Shown here piece by piece: positions 10,763 through 21,849 of a stretch of DNA of 32,000 nt. A program made the translations under genes and the position numbers. The DNA is from Vibrio alginolyticus NBRC 15630 = ATCC 17749 (GTDB lineage: Bacteria; Pseudomonadota; Gammaproteobacteria; Enterobacterales; Vibrionaceae), in NCBI RefSeq assembly GCF_000354175.2, contig NC_022349.1:2340001-2372000 (forward strand), given 5' to 3'. Positions within the stretch are counted from its first letter, which is position 1. Every line of letters starts with the position of its first letter. The notes beneath the pieces are model-generated. The model was not told the DNA's origin. It did not search any database and worked only from the letters and a program-made list of their open reading frames with translations.

Positions 10763-12304
10763 TTACCAAGTTTGGGTTGCTTTGAAGTCGTCAGTCAGTT
10801 TCTTCAACTGAGCTTCGATTTCATCGTTGTAAGCGCCAGACTTGTCGATCTCAGCTGCTAGTTCAGCGTATTGACCGCGAGCGTACGATAGTAGAGCCGC
10901 CTCGAAATCTAGAACTTTGTTAAGTTCTACATCATCAAGGTAACCGCGCTCTGCCGCGAAGATAGTTAGAGCTTGGTCAAATACAGACATTGGAGCGTAC
11001 TGCTTCTGCTTCATTAGTTCTGTAACTTTTTGACCATGGTCTAGCTGTTTCTTCGTTGCGTCATCAAGGTCAGAAGAGAACTGAGCAAATGCCGCTAGTT
11101 CACGGTATGCAGCTAGTGCTGTACGGATACCACCTGATAGTTTCTTGATGATTTTCGTCTGAGCTGAACCACCTACACGAGATACTGAGATACCAGGGTC
11201 AACAGCAGGACGAACACCAGCGTTGAATAGCTCAGTTTGTAGGAAGATCTGACCATCGGTAATCGAGATTACGTTAGTCGGTACGAATGCTGAAACGTCA
11301 CCTGCTTGAGTTTCGATGATAGGAAGAGCAGTCAAAGAACCAGTCTTACCTTTCACTTCACCGTTAGTGAAACGCTCTACGTACTCTTCGTTTACACGAG
11401 CTGCACGCTCTAGTAGACGCGAGTGTAAGTAGAATACGTCACCTGGGAATGCCTCACGGCCTGGTGGACGTTTAAGTAGTAGAGAGATCTGACGGTAAGC
11501 TACCGCTTGCTTAGATAGATCATCGTAAACAATCAGTGCGTCTTCACCGCGATCGCGGAAGTATTCACCCATCGCACAACCTGCGTAAGGCGCTAGGTAT
11601 TGAAGCGCTGCAGATTCAGAAGCTGATGCAACTACAACGATAGTATTTTGTAGTGCGCCGTGCTCTTCTAGTTTGCGAACAACGTTAGCGATAGTCGATG
11701 CTTTCTGACCGATTGCTACGTAGATAGAGAAAATACCAGAGTCTTTCTGGTTGATGATCGCGTCGATCGCCAGTGCTGTTTTACCAATCTGACGGTCACC
11801 GATGATAAGCTCACGCTGACCACGACCGATTGGGATCATTGAGTCAACTGACTTATAACCAGTTTGCACAGGTTGGTCTACCGATTTACGGTCGATTACA
11901 CCTGGTGCGATCACTTCTACAGGCGAAGTCATTTTCGCTTCGATTGGACCTTTACCATCGATAGGCTCACCCAGCGTATTTACTACGCGGCCTAGTAGTT
12001 CTGGACCAACTGGCACTTCAAGAATGCGGCCAGTACCTGTAACTTTCATGCCTTCCTTAAGGTCAGCATATGGGCCCATTACAACCGCACCAACCGAGTC
12101 ACGCTCAAGGTTAAGTGCCAGTGCATAACGACCACCCGGTAATTCAATCATTTCACCTTGCATCACGTCCGCTAGGCCGTGGATGCGGATGATACCATCG
12201 CTTACCGATACGATAGTACCCTCGTTGCGAGCTTCACTAACAACTTCGAAAGATTCGATACGTTGTTTGATCAGATCGCTAATTTCCGTGGAATTAAGTT
12301 GCAT
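10763..12304 (-). CDS. atpA: F1 ATP synthase alpha subunit (start corrected from the ORF track)
   Basis: The tracked ORF starts at 12334 and would overlap atpH. The canonical N-terminus [17 protein letters not shown] begins at ATG 12304, preceded by GGAG and lying after the atpH stop at 12318-12320. Walker A GDRQIGKT. Confidence 0.97.
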   Translation of the reverse strand: MQLNSTEISDLIKQRIESFEVVSEARNEGTIVSVSDGIIRIHGLADVMQGEMIELPGGRYALALNLERDSVGAVVMGPYADLKEGMKVTGTGRILEVPVGPELLGRVVNTLGEPIDGKGPIEAKMTSPVEVIAPGVIDRKSVDQPVQTGYKSVDSMIPIGRGQRELIIGDRQIGKTALAIDAIINQKDSGIFSIYVAIGQKASTIANVVRKLEEHGALQNTIVVVASASESAALQYLAPYAGCAMGEYFRDRGEDALIVYDDLSKQAVAYRQISLLLKRPPGREAFPGDVFYLHSRLLERAARVNEEYVERFTNGEVKGKTGSLTALPIIETQAGDVSAFVPTNVISITDGQIFLQTELFNAGVRPAVDPGISVSRVGGSAQTKIIKKLSGGIRTALAAYRELAAFAQFSSDLDDATKKQLDHGQKVTELMKQKQYAPMSVFDQALTIFAAERGYLDDVELNKVLDFEAALLSYARGQYAELAAEIDKSGAYNDEIEAQLKKLTDDFKATQTW

Positions 12305-12317
12305 GCTCCAATCCCCA

Positions 12318-12851
12318 TTAAGACTGCAATGCATCGCTCAGGCGGTTCAAACGACCACGCGCTGAGTCATCGATGACTAGGTCTCCGGCTCGAATAATAA
12401 CCCCACCAAGTAGGGTCTCATCTACACTGCAATTCAGCTTCACTTTGCGTTCAAGACGCTTTTCAAGTTTGCTGCCAATGTTTGCAAGTTGTTCATCAGA
12501 AAGCTCTGTTGCTGAAATTACTTCAACATCAATTTCTTTCTCATGTTCTTTTTTCAGAGTAAAAAACTCCGTGCAAACATCAGGAAGGGCCGCTAAACGA
12601 CCATTCTCAGCCATTACCTTCAAAAGGTTTTGACCGTGCGCATCAACTTGTTCGCCGCAAACTGCAACAAAAATTTCTGCCATTTTGTCAGCAGAAACCG
12701 AACCCGTTAGTAGTTCGTTCATTTGTTCGTTTTTGGCCACTTCAGCAGCAAAAGATAACATTTGGCCCCATTGGTCCAACTGGTCTTTCTCTAAAGCAAA
12801 GTCGAAGGCTGCTTTAGCATAGGGGCGTGCGATAGTAGTCAAATCAGACAT
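12318..12851 (-). CDS. atpH: F1 ATP synthase delta subunit
   Basis: 177 aa. OSCP/delta family by operon position and sequence ([12 protein letters not shown]). Confidence 0.96.
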   Translation of the reverse strand: MSDLTTIARPYAKAAFDFALEKDQLDQWGQMLSFAAEVAKNEQMNELLTGSVSADKMAEIFVAVCGEQVDAHGQNLLKVMAENGRLAALPDVCTEFFTLKKEHEKEIDVEVISATELSDEQLANIGSKLEKRLERKVKLNCSVDETLLGGVIIRAGDLVIDDSARGRLNRLSDALQS

Positions 12852-12865
12852 ATGCGCCCCCAGAC

Positions 12866-13336
12866 TTAAAGTTTTGCAGTAATGTTGTCGAGAATATCTT
12901 TTTGCGCATCTTTATCGATAGAACGCTCAAGGATTTTCTCAGCACCAGCTACAGCCAGAGTAGCAACTTGTTTGCGCAGCTCATCGCGTGCACGATTGCG
13001 TTCAGCTTCAAGTTCTGCTTCTGCTTGCGCTAGGATTTTCTGGCGTTCTGCCTGAGCTTCCTCGCGAGCTTCATCAAGAATTTGAGACTTACGTTTGTTC
13101 GCTTGTTCGATGATCTCAGTTGCTGTGCGCTTCGCTTCTTTCAATTGATCAGAAGCGTTGGCTTGTGCTAGATCCAAGTCTTTCGCAGCACGTTCTGCTG
13201 CTTGAAGACCATCAGCAATTTTCTTCTGACGCTCTTCGATCGCTTGCATCAATGGTGGCCATACATACTTCATGCAGAACCACACAAATAGTGCGAACGA
13301 GATTGCTTGACCTAGCAGAGTTGCGTTTATGTTCAC
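12866..13336 (-). CDS. atpF: F0 ATP synthase subunit b
   Basis: 156 aa. GTG start and N-terminus [10 protein letters not shown] (compare E. coli MNLNATILGQ). One TM helix followed by a long charged coiled coil. Confidence 0.96.
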   Translation of the reverse strand: MNINATLLGQAISFALFVWFCMKYVWPPLMQAIEERQKKIADGLQAAERAAKDLDLAQANASDQLKEAKRTATEIIEQANKRKSQILDEAREEAQAERQKILAQAEAELEAERNRARDELRKQVATLAVAGAEKILERSIDKDAQKDILDNITAKL

Positions 13337-13410
13337 AACAGCTACCCCTCTATTTGGACTTAGTGTTAATCAGTGACAAGCGATAATCGCCCGTCCCGAG
13401 TTAAAGGTGA

Positions 13411-13692
<282 letters not shown>

Positions 13693-13722
13693 TTAGTGCC
13701 CAAATAAAAAGCTTTAAAAAAA

Positions 13723-14538
<816 letters not shown>

Positions 14539-14543
14539 TCATC

Positions 14544-14933
14544 CTATTTTTTGTTGTTAATGAATAGCACTGGTGCACAGATATTAATACCTAGTACCAG
14601 CAAATAGGTTAGTTTGAGGGGAACAAGTTCCACCTGCATATACATGTAGGCAACATAGAACAGTGCAACCGTGATGAGAATTTTCAGTACTTCACCCGTA
14701 TAGAAGGAAGCAGCGATGCGCTTGGCAGCGCGAGCTCCACTAAACATGAAAGCACACAGCGCGAATACTGCATTGGCAACAACAAAAATGCCTCCGCCAA
14801 TCAGCGCTGAAAATCCCCAGTCAGGATTTATGGCTACCGCCATTCCTGCTGCCACAAAAATAACCGCGCCAGACTGGATCATTAACAATTGCCTTGCGAG
14901 CTCTCGTCCTGGTCTAGCTAACGCAGCTACCAT
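14544..14933 (-). CDS. atpI: ATP synthase accessory protein I
   Basis: 129 aa hydrophobic protein, first gene of the atp operon. Confidence 0.85.
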   Translation of the reverse strand: MVAALARPGRELARQLLMIQSGAVIFVAAGMAVAINPDWGFSALIGGGIFVVANAVFALCAFMFSGARAAKRIAASFYTGEVLKILITVALFYVAYMYMQVELVPLKLTYLLVLGINICAPVLFINNKK

Positions 14934-14996
14934 GTATTCGTACCTCTAGTAATATCCACTTCGCACTTAACTCTCTGTGCTGGGAAATTGGCGAAA

Positions 14997-15024
14997 ATTA
15001 TACGTTCAGTTCAACGTAAAGCAA
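14997..15024 (-). promoter_or_regulatory. candidate sigma70 promoter of the atp operon
   Basis: On the minus strand: TTGCTT (15024-15019), 16-nt spacer, perfect TATAAT (15002-14997). About 64 nt upstream of the atpI ATG. Confidence 0.35.
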
Positions 15025-15122
15025 TTCGATTGCATCAAAAACTTACAGTTTTGTTTACAAAACGACAACTTTCGCACAAAATTCGATTAATTAGATTAAT
15101 TGACCTAAATCAATTATCTCAT

Positions 15123-16004
15123 CTAGGCCTCAAGCTTGGCAATTAGTTGGTCCAATTTGTGAGGCTCATCAAGACTTATCGTCAATTTCGCTTTTCCGTT
15201 TGCAGAACGGGTAAGAGAAACTTTTGCATCAAGCAGCTGACTCAATTTATGCGACATTTGCTCGGCTTCGGTATCCTCTTGTTGCCCTTTTTGCTCATTT
15301 TGTGGGGCTAAGCACTTTTTTACTAACTGTTCGGTTTGGCGAACAGTCATTTGCTTCTTAGCCACTTGTTGAGCTACTTCGACTTGCTGTTCGCCTTCTA
15401 ACGCTAACAGAGCTCGAGCATGACCCATTTCCAATTTTTTATCTGCAACCAGACCTTTTACATCAACTTCCAACTGATTCAGACGTAATAGGTTACTCAC
15501 CGTCGTTCTTGATTTACCAATCACATCGGCCACTTGCTGATGTGTCAGCGTGAATTCATCTTGTAGACGTTCAAGCGCTTGGGCTTCCTCAATCACATTC
15601 AAGTCTTCACGTTGAATGTTTTCAATCAACGCCATGGCGATGGCGGCACGATCTTCAACTTTTTTCACCAAACACGGCACGCGTTTTAAACCCGCCTGCC
15701 TTGCAGCACGCCAGCGGCGTTCACCTGCGATGATCTCAAACTGACCACTTTCGACCTGGCGAACCACGATTGGTTGAATAATGCCTTGTGATTGAATCGA
15801 AGCCGCTAGTTCTTCTAGCGCTTCAGGCGCCATATCTTTACGCGGTTGGTATACACCCGGCTGCAATTGACCAATCGCTAAATCGGTTAACTCACCGTCT
15901 GCCGATAATTCTTGGCTATGCGATGCAATATGCTGTTTTTCACGAGCAAACGAACTGGTCGACAATAACGCATCCAGTCCTTTTCCGAGACCACGCTTAG
16001 ACAT
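15123..16004 (-). CDS. parB: chromosome partitioning protein ParB (Spo0J family)
   Basis: 293 aa. ParB box GERRWRAA, HTH region LTHQQVADVIGKSRTTVSNLLRL. Confidence 0.96.
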   Translation of the reverse strand: MSKRGLGKGLDALLSTSSFAREKQHIASHSQELSADGELTDLAIGQLQPGVYQPRKDMAPEALEELAASIQSQGIIQPIVVRQVESGQFEIIAGERRWRAARQAGLKRVPCLVKKVEDRAAIAMALIENIQREDLNVIEEAQALERLQDEFTLTHQQVADVIGKSRTTVSNLLRLNQLEVDVKGLVADKKLEMGHARALLALEGEQQVEVAQQVAKKQMTVRQTEQLVKKCLAPQNEQKGQQEDTEAEQMSHKLSQLLDAKVSLTRSANGKAKLTISLDEPHKLDQLIAKLEA

Positions 16005-16028
16005 GGGATTGAATTCCTTAGGTTAGAG

Positions 16029-16802
16029 TTAAACTGGGATTTCTTCGCGGCGGAGCATTTCGCCCGCTAGAGCAAGATACGCTTTGGCACCTGCGGAGTA
16101 CTTATCGTAGTACATTGCAGGCTTACCGTGACTTGGTGCTTCAGCCAAACGAACATTACGCGGAATGACAGTACGGTAAACTTTATTCCCAAAGTGTTTT
16201 TTAAGTTGATCGGATACTTCATTCGATAAGCGGTTGCGTGGGTCGTACATGGTACGCAATAAACCTTCGATTTTGAGGTTTTCATTCACAACAGCCGCTA
16301 ACTTGCTGATTGTATCCATAAGAGCAGTTAAACCTTCTAACGCAAAGTATTCACATTGCATCGGCACCAGCACTGAGTCAGCTGCCGCCATCGCATTGAT
16401 TGTAAGAAGGTTTAGAGAAGGAGGACAATCAATAAAGATGAAATCATAGTTATCGCGAACTGACGACAATGCATTTTTTAGACGCACTTCACGAGCGAAA
16501 ACTTCCATCAATTTGATTTCTGCCGCGGTTACGTCTCCGTTCGCCGCGATCAAATCATACTTCCCTGTTGTTTGGGTACAAACGACTTGATCGAACGGTG
16601 TATCTTCGACCAAAAGATCGTATGCGGTGGCGTCGACCATATACTTATCCACGCCACTGGCCATCGTAGCATTACCTTGCGGGTCGAGATCGATCACCAA
16701 AACCTTGCGCTTTGTTGCCGCCATCGAAGCCGCTAAGTTAATGCACGTTGTTGTTTTGCCGACCCCACCTTTCTGGTTGGCGATTGCTACAATTTTACCC
16801 AC
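16029..16802 (-). CDS. parA: chromosome partitioning ATPase ParA (Soj family)
   Basis: 257 aa. Deviant Walker A KGGVGKTT. GTG start preceded by GAGG. Confidence 0.96.
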   Translation of the reverse strand: MGKIVAIANQKGGVGKTTTCINLAASMAATKRKVLVIDLDPQGNATMASGVDKYMVDATAYDLLVEDTPFDQVVCTQTTGKYDLIAANGDVTAAEIKLMEVFAREVRLKNALSSVRDNYDFIFIDCPPSLNLLTINAMAAADSVLVPMQCEYFALEGLTALMDTISKLAAVVNENLKIEGLLRTMYDPRNRLSNEVSDQLKKHFGNKVYRTVIPRNVRLAEAPSHGKPAMYYDKYSAGAKAYLALAGEMLRREEIPV

Positions 16803-16812
16803 GATTACCTCG

Positions 16813-17448
16813 CTAATTTTCCTTGCGCGATAAGATTACTAGATGACGATCACCTTCCAACTCAGGAACAGCCAAAGATATGATCTCTGTCACACTGCAC
16901 CATTCAGGAAGCTGATCCATTTCATCTTTAGGGTGCTGTCCTTTCAGCGCTAGAAACACCCCGTGCTCTTGTTTCGGCAAATGGTGGCACCATTCCACCA
17001 TGTCTGTCATTGAAGCAAAAGCTCGACTCAAAACGCCATCAAATTTTTCTTCAGGCTGGAATTCTTCGACGCGACTTTGAATTGGTGTCACGTTTTTCAG
17101 CTCTAATGTGTGCACGACTTGCTTGATAAAACGGATGCGTTTGCCAAGACTGTCGAGCAAAAAGAAGGTTTTCTCAGGGTTCATGATTGCCAAAGGGATG
17201 CCCGGTAACCCCGGACCAGTACCAACATCAATGAAGCGCTCACCGGGCAGGTGTGCGCTTACAACGATACTATCAAGAATATGTTTCACTAACATATCAA
17301 GCGGATCACGTACCGATGTTAAATTGTACGCTTTGTTCCATTTGTCGAGCAGTTCGACATAGCCAACTAACCGCTCTCGTTGCTGTTCTGACACTTCCAA
17401 ATCGGTTTTCGCGATCAGTGAATCCAGCTTTGTTCGCAATGCGCTCAT
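16813..17448 (-). CDS. rsmG: 16S rRNA (guanine527-N7)-methyltransferase
   Basis: 211 aa. SAM-binding motif [16 protein letters not shown]. Start overlaps the mnmG stop (TAATG). Confidence 0.96.
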   Translation of the reverse strand: MSALRTKLDSLIAKTDLEVSEQQRERLVGYVELLDKWNKAYNLTSVRDPLDMLVKHILDSIVVSAHLPGERFIDVGTGPGLPGIPLAIMNPEKTFFLLDSLGKRIRFIKQVVHTLELKNVTPIQSRVEEFQPEEKFDGVLSRAFASMTDMVEWCHHLPKQEHGVFLALKGQHPKDEMDQLPEWCSVTEIISLAVPELEGDRHLVILSRKEN

Positions 17449-19343
17449 TATTCTTCCTCACCTTTCTTCAGCAAACCATGCTTTTTCAAGTGAACAAGTA
17501 GAATAGAAATTGCAGCAGGCGTAATACCAGAAATGCGTGATGCAATACCGATGCTCTCTGGTTTGGCCTCGCTCAGTTTAGCAACGACTTCGTTTGATAA
17601 ACCTTTTACATCGCGGTAATCCAAATCAGCAGGTAACTTGGTATTTTCGTGACGCAGTGATTTTTCGATCTCTTCCTGCTGACGCTTGATGTAACCATCA
17701 TATTTCACTTGAATTTCAACTTGCTCAGCCGCTTGCTGATCTTCAAGCGCAGGAGCAAACGCTTCAAGTTGCGTCAGTTGCGAATAAGTGATCTCAGGAC
17801 GACGCAGAAGATCCTCACCACTCGCTTCACGGGCCATTGGGGTTTTCAGCAGCTTGTTCAGCTCATCAACACCCTCTGACTTCGGATTCATCCACGTTGC
17901 TTTCAAACGCTGATGCTCCGTTTCCATATTGTTGATTTTCTCGTTAAAGCGAGCCCAACGAACATCATCAATCAAGCCTAGCTCGCGCGCTTTTTCCGTT
18001 AAACGTAAATCGGCGTTATCTTCACGAAGTAGCAGGCGGTATTCCGCACGAGAAGTGAACATTCGGTACGGCTCTTTGGTACCCATGGTCGATAAGTCAT
18101 CAATCAACACGCCCATGTAAGCTTGGTCACGACGTGGGCTCCAGCCTTCTTTGTCTTGGCTAAACAAGCTTGCGTTTAGACCGGCCATCAAGCCTTGCGC
18201 TGCGGCTTCTTCGTAGCCAGTCGTACCATTAATCTGGCCAGCAAAGAACAAACCATGAATGAACTTCGTCTCGTACGTTTGCTTCAAATCACGTGGATCG
18301 AAGAAATCGTATTCAATCGCATAACCTGGGCGAACGATGTGTGCATTTTCAAACCCTTTCATTGAGCGCACGATTTGTACTTGCACATCAAATGGCAAGC
18401 TGGTCGAGATACCATTAGGGTATAACTCGTGCGTGGTTAGGCCTTCTGGCTCAATGAAGATTTGGTGGCTGTTTTTGTCAGCGAAACGCATCACTTTGTC
18501 TTCAATAGACGGACAGTAACGAGGACCAATACCTTCAATCACACCAGCGTACATTGGACTGCGATCCAAGTTACTACGGATCACATCGTGAGTTTGTTCA
18601 TTGGTGTGGGTGATGAAACATGGAATCTGACGCGGATGCTGTTCACGTTTGCCCATGAACGAGAATACAGGCGTTGGGTTATCACCATGCTGAGCTTCTA
18701 GCACTGAAAAATCAACAGTACGAGCATCAATGCGCGGTGGAGTACCTGTTTTTAAACGATCCACACGGAACGGCAGTTCACGCAGTCGATCCGCTAATGC
18801 GATCGATGGTGGATCCCCGGCACGACCACCAGACGAGCTTTCCATACCTATGTGGATCTTACCACCAAGGAAGGTACCCACGGTTAGCACAACGGCTTTC
18901 GCATGGAAGCGAAGTCCCATTTGAGTTACCACACCAACTGCGCGATCTTGTTCAACAATCAGATCATCAACTGATTGCTGGAACAACGTTAAGTTAGGCG
19001 CATTTTCTAATGCATTACGAACGTACGCTTTGTACAGAGCGCGATCGGCTTGAGCTCGAGTTGCTCGTACTGCAGGACCTTTGGAGGCATTTAGTGTACG
19101 AAACTGAATACCTGCATGGTCGATGGCTTCAGCCATCAAACCGCCCATAGCATCTACTTCTTTTACTAAGTGACCTTTACCAATACCACCGATCGCCGGA
19201 TTACAAGACATCTGGCCTAATGTATCGATGTTATGGGTAAGGAGAAGCGTTTTTTGTCCTGTGCGTGCAGATGCGAGCGCGGCTTCCGTTCCTGCGTGTC
19301 CGCCACCGACAACAATGACGTCAAAGTTTTCGTGATAAAGCAT
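17448..19343 (-). CDS. mnmG: tRNA uridine 5-carboxymethylaminomethyl modification enzyme (GidA)
   Basis: 631 aa. N-terminal FAD fold [16 protein letters not shown]. Directly flanks oriC. Confidence 0.98.
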   Translation of the reverse strand: MLYHENFDVIVVGGGHAGTEAALASARTGQKTLLLTHNIDTLGQMSCNPAIGGIGKGHLVKEVDAMGGLMAEAIDHAGIQFRTLNASKGPAVRATRAQADRALYKAYVRNALENAPNLTLFQQSVDDLIVEQDRAVGVVTQMGLRFHAKAVVLTVGTFLGGKIHIGMESSSGGRAGDPPSIALADRLRELPFRVDRLKTGTPPRIDARTVDFSVLEAQHGDNPTPVFSFMGKREQHPRQIPCFITHTNEQTHDVIRSNLDRSPMYAGVIEGIGPRYCPSIEDKVMRFADKNSHQIFIEPEGLTTHELYPNGISTSLPFDVQVQIVRSMKGFENAHIVRPGYAIEYDFFDPRDLKQTYETKFIHGLFFAGQINGTTGYEEAAAQGLMAGLNASLFSQDKEGWSPRRDQAYMGVLIDDLSTMGTKEPYRMFTSRAEYRLLLREDNADLRLTEKARELGLIDDVRWARFNEKINNMETEHQRLKATWMNPKSEGVDELNKLLKTPMAREASGEDLLRRPEITYSQLTQLEAFAPALEDQQAAEQVEIQVKYDGYIKRQQEEIEKSLRHENTKLPADLDYRDVKGLSNEVVAKLSEAKPESIGIASRISGITPAAISILLVHLKKHGLLKKGEEE

Positions 19344-19471
19344 GAACTGACCTCAGGTATTCAAAGGGATTTAATGGACAGATAAAGGAGCCGTATTTTA
19401 CCTGCTTTATGCCAGAGAGAAAAACGTTTTCTCGTTTTATCCGTTTTAAGCTTCAAGATAAATATATATAA

Positions 19472-19509
19472 GATCTATATATATGATCTTTTATTAGATC
19501 TACTATTAG
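19472..19509. repeat. AT-rich DNA unwinding element: three tandem 13-mer-type repeats
   Basis: GATCTATATATAT (19472-19484), GATCTTTTATTA (19485-19496), GATCTACTATTAG (19497-19509). The next GATC is at 19510. Compare the E. coli 13-mer consensus GATCTnTTnTTTT. Confidence 0.85.
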
Positions 19510-19522
19510 GATCGACCGTTTC

Positions 19523-19531
19523 TGTGGATAA
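19523..19531 (-). promoter_or_regulatory. DnaA box (R1-equivalent), perfect TTATCCACA on the minus strand
   Basis: Plus strand reads TGTGGATAA, immediately right of the 13-mers. Confidence 0.85.
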
Positions 19532-19628
19532 CCTAAAAATGATCAACAAGATCATGGATCTTCTTTGGATCATATCTTGTGATCATGATTGGATCAGATC
19601 GAGGATTACCTGGGATCAAAAGTGGTGG

Positions 19629-19637
19629 TTATACACA
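19629..19637 (+). promoter_or_regulatory. DnaA box (R2-equivalent) TTATACACA
   Basis: Matches TTATNCACA. The flanking sequence resembles the E. coli R2 context. Confidence 0.8.
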
Positions 19638-19663
19638 GGGGGTGAAATTGATCAAAGTTGTTA

Positions 19664-19672
19664 TTGGGATAA
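19664..19672 (-). promoter_or_regulatory. degenerate DnaA box (R3-like)
   Basis: Plus strand TTGGGATAA (reverse complement TTATCCCAA, 7/9 to consensus). Compare E. coli R3 TTTGGATAA in the same relative position. Confidence 0.5.
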
Positions 19673-19702
19673 CTAAAGGAAAATCACTGGATCTTATTGT
19701 AG

Positions 19703-19711
19703 TTATCCACA
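19703..19711 (+). promoter_or_regulatory. DnaA box (R4-equivalent), perfect TTATCCACA
   Basis: GTAGTTATCCACAGT. Compare E. coli GAGTTATCCACAGT. Confidence 0.85.
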
Positions 19712-19762
19712 GTCTGTTTGGTTGGTTTTTGAGCGGTTAAACAAAATAATTTGGTGGGAGAG

Positions 19763-19771
19763 TTATTCACA
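19763..19771 (+). promoter_or_regulatory. additional DnaA box TTATTCACA between oriC and the mioC stop
   Basis: Matches TTATNCACA. Lies outside the minimal 240-bp origin. Confidence 0.6.
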
Positions 19772-19822
19772 TGGGAGAAAACAGAGCCGAATTTCGACTC
19801 TGTTGAAGGGAAAGTCGTGAGT

Positions 19823-20257
19823 TTAAAAACGTTCGATATTCTCTTTTAACCACATTTCTGCGGCGTCTTCTGGCACATCATGGCTCAGTACATCGATTTT
19901 AAAGCAATCTGCGAGAGGGGTTGCACCAATATCCTCTAATAAATCATAAGCGTGTTGACCAGCGGCACAGAACGTATCGTAGCTAGAGTCACCAATCGCA
20001 ATCACCGCAAATTTTACATCAGTCATTTTTGGCGGTGTATTTTGTAATGCTGCGATAAAAGGTTGGATATTATCAGGATACTCACCAGCTCCATGTGTAG
20101 AGGTGATCACCAACCACGTACCTTGATTTTCGATATCACTGAGGGAAGGCTGGTTGTGGATCGTTGTTTCAAATCCATTCTCGTTGAGTAGATCACTCAG
20201 GTGATCCCCTACGTATTCTGCGCCACCTAACGTGCTGCCTGTAATAATGTGGATCAT
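19823..20257 (-). CDS. mioC: FMN-binding flavodoxin-like protein MioC
   Basis: 144 aa flavodoxin fold ([19 protein letters not shown]). Adjacent to oriC and transcribed toward it, as in E. coli. Confidence 0.93.
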   Translation of the reverse strand: MIHIITGSTLGGAEYVGDHLSDLLNENGFETTIHNQPSLSDIENQGTWLVITSTHGAGEYPDNIQPFIAALQNTPPKMTDVKFAVIAIGDSSYDTFCAAGQHAYDLLEDIGATPLADCFKIDVLSHDVPEDAAEMWLKENIERF

Positions 20258-20307
20258 ACTTCTTCCTTATTGAATGCGACGGCTAAAGCTCATGGATGGC
20301 TTGCCGT

Positions 20308-20346
20308 ACAAAAAGAAACGCGGTGTGAGTTAAGCTCAGCACCGCG
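20308..20346 (-). terminator. rho-independent terminator of mnmE
   Basis: Minus-strand RNA: CGCGGUG(c)UGAG, loop, CUCA CACCGCG, then UUUCUUUUUGU. Begins 12 nt downstream of the mnmE stop. Confidence 0.8.
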
Positions 20347-20357
20347 CGTTCGATTAT

Positions 20358-21719
20358 TTACTTCCCGATACAGAATGAAGAGAAGATTCGTCCCAGTAAG
20401 TCGTCAGAACTGAACTCACCGGTAATCTCATTGAGATGTTGTTGGGTGATGCGTAGCTCTTCAGCCAATATTTCACCTGCCATATAGCCTTCAAGCTGCT
20501 CCTGGCCTATTTGAAGGTGCTGTGCGGCACGTTCTAATGCATCGAGATGACGACGACGAGCCATAAACCCACCTTCACTGTTGCCAGAGAAGCCCATACA
20601 CTCCTTGAGATGATCGCGCAGAGCTTCAACCCCTGCACCAGTCTTCGCTGACAAACGGATAAGAGTAGGGTTATTGACGTGGCAGATCCCCATATCTTCA
20701 CCCGTTTGATCCGCTTTATTACGGATCACAGTTATGCCAATGTTGTCTGGTAGGCGATCCACAAAATCTGGCCAGATATCTTTCGGATCGGTGGCATCGG
20801 TTGTCGTGCCATCCACCATGAACAACACGCGGTCTGCTTGGGCTATTTCATCCCACGCACGTTCGATACCGATTTTCTCTACTTCATCGGAAGCATCACG
20901 CAAACCTGCTGTATCAATGATGTGTAGTGGCATGCCATCAATATGGATATGCTCACGCAGTACATCACGCGTGGTTCCTGCGATGTCGGTTACGATTGCA
21001 GATTCTTTACCCGATAGCGCGTTCAGTAGGCTTGATTTGCCCGCATTTGGGCGACCCGCAATCACGACTTTCATCCCTTCACGCATAATAGCGCCTTGGT
21101 TAGCTTCTTTGCGCACCGCATCTAGGTTGTCGATGATGGCTTGTAGGTCACCAGCCACTTTACCGTCGGCCAAAAAGTCGATCTCTTCTTCAGGGAAGTC
21201 GATGGCTGCTTCAACATAGATACGCAAATGAATCAGCGACTCAACTAAGGTATTAATACGGCCTGAAAATGCGCCCTGTAAGGATTGCAGCGCCGATTTT
21301 GCTGCTTCTTCAGAACTGGCATCAATGAGGTCTGCAATCGCTTCGGCTTGAGCTAGGTCGAGCTTATCGTTCAGAAATGCGCGTTCAGAGAACTCACCAG
21401 GGCGAGCAGCTCGAATACCATCTATACCTAGAATGCGTTTTATCAGCATATCCATCACGACAGGGCCGCCATGGCCTTGCAGCTCAAGTACGTCTTCACC
21501 TGTAAATGAGTGTGGGTTAGGGAAGTACAGTGCGATGCCCTGATCAAGCACAGTGCCATCTTCTGACTTAAACGGCAGGTACTCTGCGTAGCGGGGCTTT
21601 AGTGTTTTGCCAGTGACTTCTAACGCCACTTGGTTGGCTTTAGGGCCAGAAACTCGAATAATACCGACACCGCCACGACCAGGCGCGGTCGCTTGAGCGA
21701 CAATCGTATCTGTAGTCAT
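20358..21719 (-). CDS. mnmE: tRNA modification GTPase MnmE (TrmE/ThdF)
   Basis: 453 aa. G1 motif [18 protein letters not shown], and the C-terminal CIGK motif. Confidence 0.98.
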   Translation of the reverse strand: MTTDTIVAQATAPGRGGVGIIRVSGPKANQVALEVTGKTLKPRYAEYLPFKSEDGTVLDQGIALYFPNPHSFTGEDVLELQGHGGPVVMDMLIKRILGIDGIRAARPGEFSERAFLNDKLDLAQAEAIADLIDASSEEAAKSALQSLQGAFSGRINTLVESLIHLRIYVEAAIDFPEEEIDFLADGKVAGDLQAIIDNLDAVRKEANQGAIMREGMKVVIAGRPNAGKSSLLNALSGKESAIVTDIAGTTRDVLREHIHIDGMPLHIIDTAGLRDASDEVEKIGIERAWDEIAQADRVLFMVDGTTTDATDPKDIWPDFVDRLPDNIGITVIRNKADQTGEDMGICHVNNPTLIRLSAKTGAGVEALRDHLKECMGFSGNSEGGFMARRRHLDALERAAQHLQIGQEQLEGYMAGEILAEELRITQQHLNEITGEFSSDDLLGRIFSSFCIGK

Positions 21720-21797
21720 AATTTTGCCTTTTGAGCTGGGCTATAGGGAAGATACCTAGGGAGCCATCACAATTAATTAGCTGAATTGTAATCAGCC

Positions 21798-21829
21798 AAA
21801 AACAAAAAGGCGACCTTTTGGCCGCCTTT
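21798..21829 (-). terminator. rho-independent terminator of the rpmH-rnpA-yidD-yidC unit
   Basis: Minus-strand RNA: AAAGGCGGCC AAAA GGUCGCCUUU, then UUGUUUUUGG. The 7-bp stem core is identical to that of the atp terminator at 7921-7949. Confidence 0.8.
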
Positions 21830-21849
21830 CTCAATCATTTCCTAAAAGG

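Larger units (their letters stand above)
19472..19711. other. chromosomal replication origin oriC (minimal region, gammaproteobacterial type)
   Basis: Lies between mnmG and mioC. Three tandem GATCT-initiated 13-mers, 14 GATC sites between 19472 and 19693, and DnaA boxes in the same order as E. coli R1/R2/R3/R4. The stretch CTGGGATCAAAAGTGGTGGTTATACACA resembles the E. coli R2 region. Confidence 0.93.

Noticed and set aside
17279-17297. ATATGTT-TCACT-AACATAT dyad inside rsmG. Its left half (TGTTTCAC) looks like half of a parS site.
   Set aside because: The right half does not match GTGAAACA, so the element is only about half of the 16-bp parS consensus. It is most likely a coincidental coding-sequence dyad.
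19417-19433. GAGAAAA-ACG-TTTTCTC hairpin between the mnmG start and the oriC 13-mers.
   Set aside because: It has a weak AT-rich 7-bp stem and lies within the expected mnmG promoter/leader region. It cannot be distinguished from chance in AT-rich DNA.
20734-21219. 161-aa plus-strand ORF inside mnmE. Similar antisense ORFs occur at 1382..1795, 10198..10488, 12373..12633, 18674..18997, 27163..27468 and 28618..29016.
   Set aside because: All lie antisense to strongly conserved housekeeping genes. Their low-complexity Ser/Arg/Ala/Pro-rich translations are typical of shadow frames, and none has a recognisable motif or Shine-Dalgarno.
21640-21834. 64-aa minus-strand ORF spanning the mnmE 5' end and the yidC terminator.
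   Set aside because: It overlaps the mnmE start out of frame and runs through a terminator hairpin. It has no coding signature.
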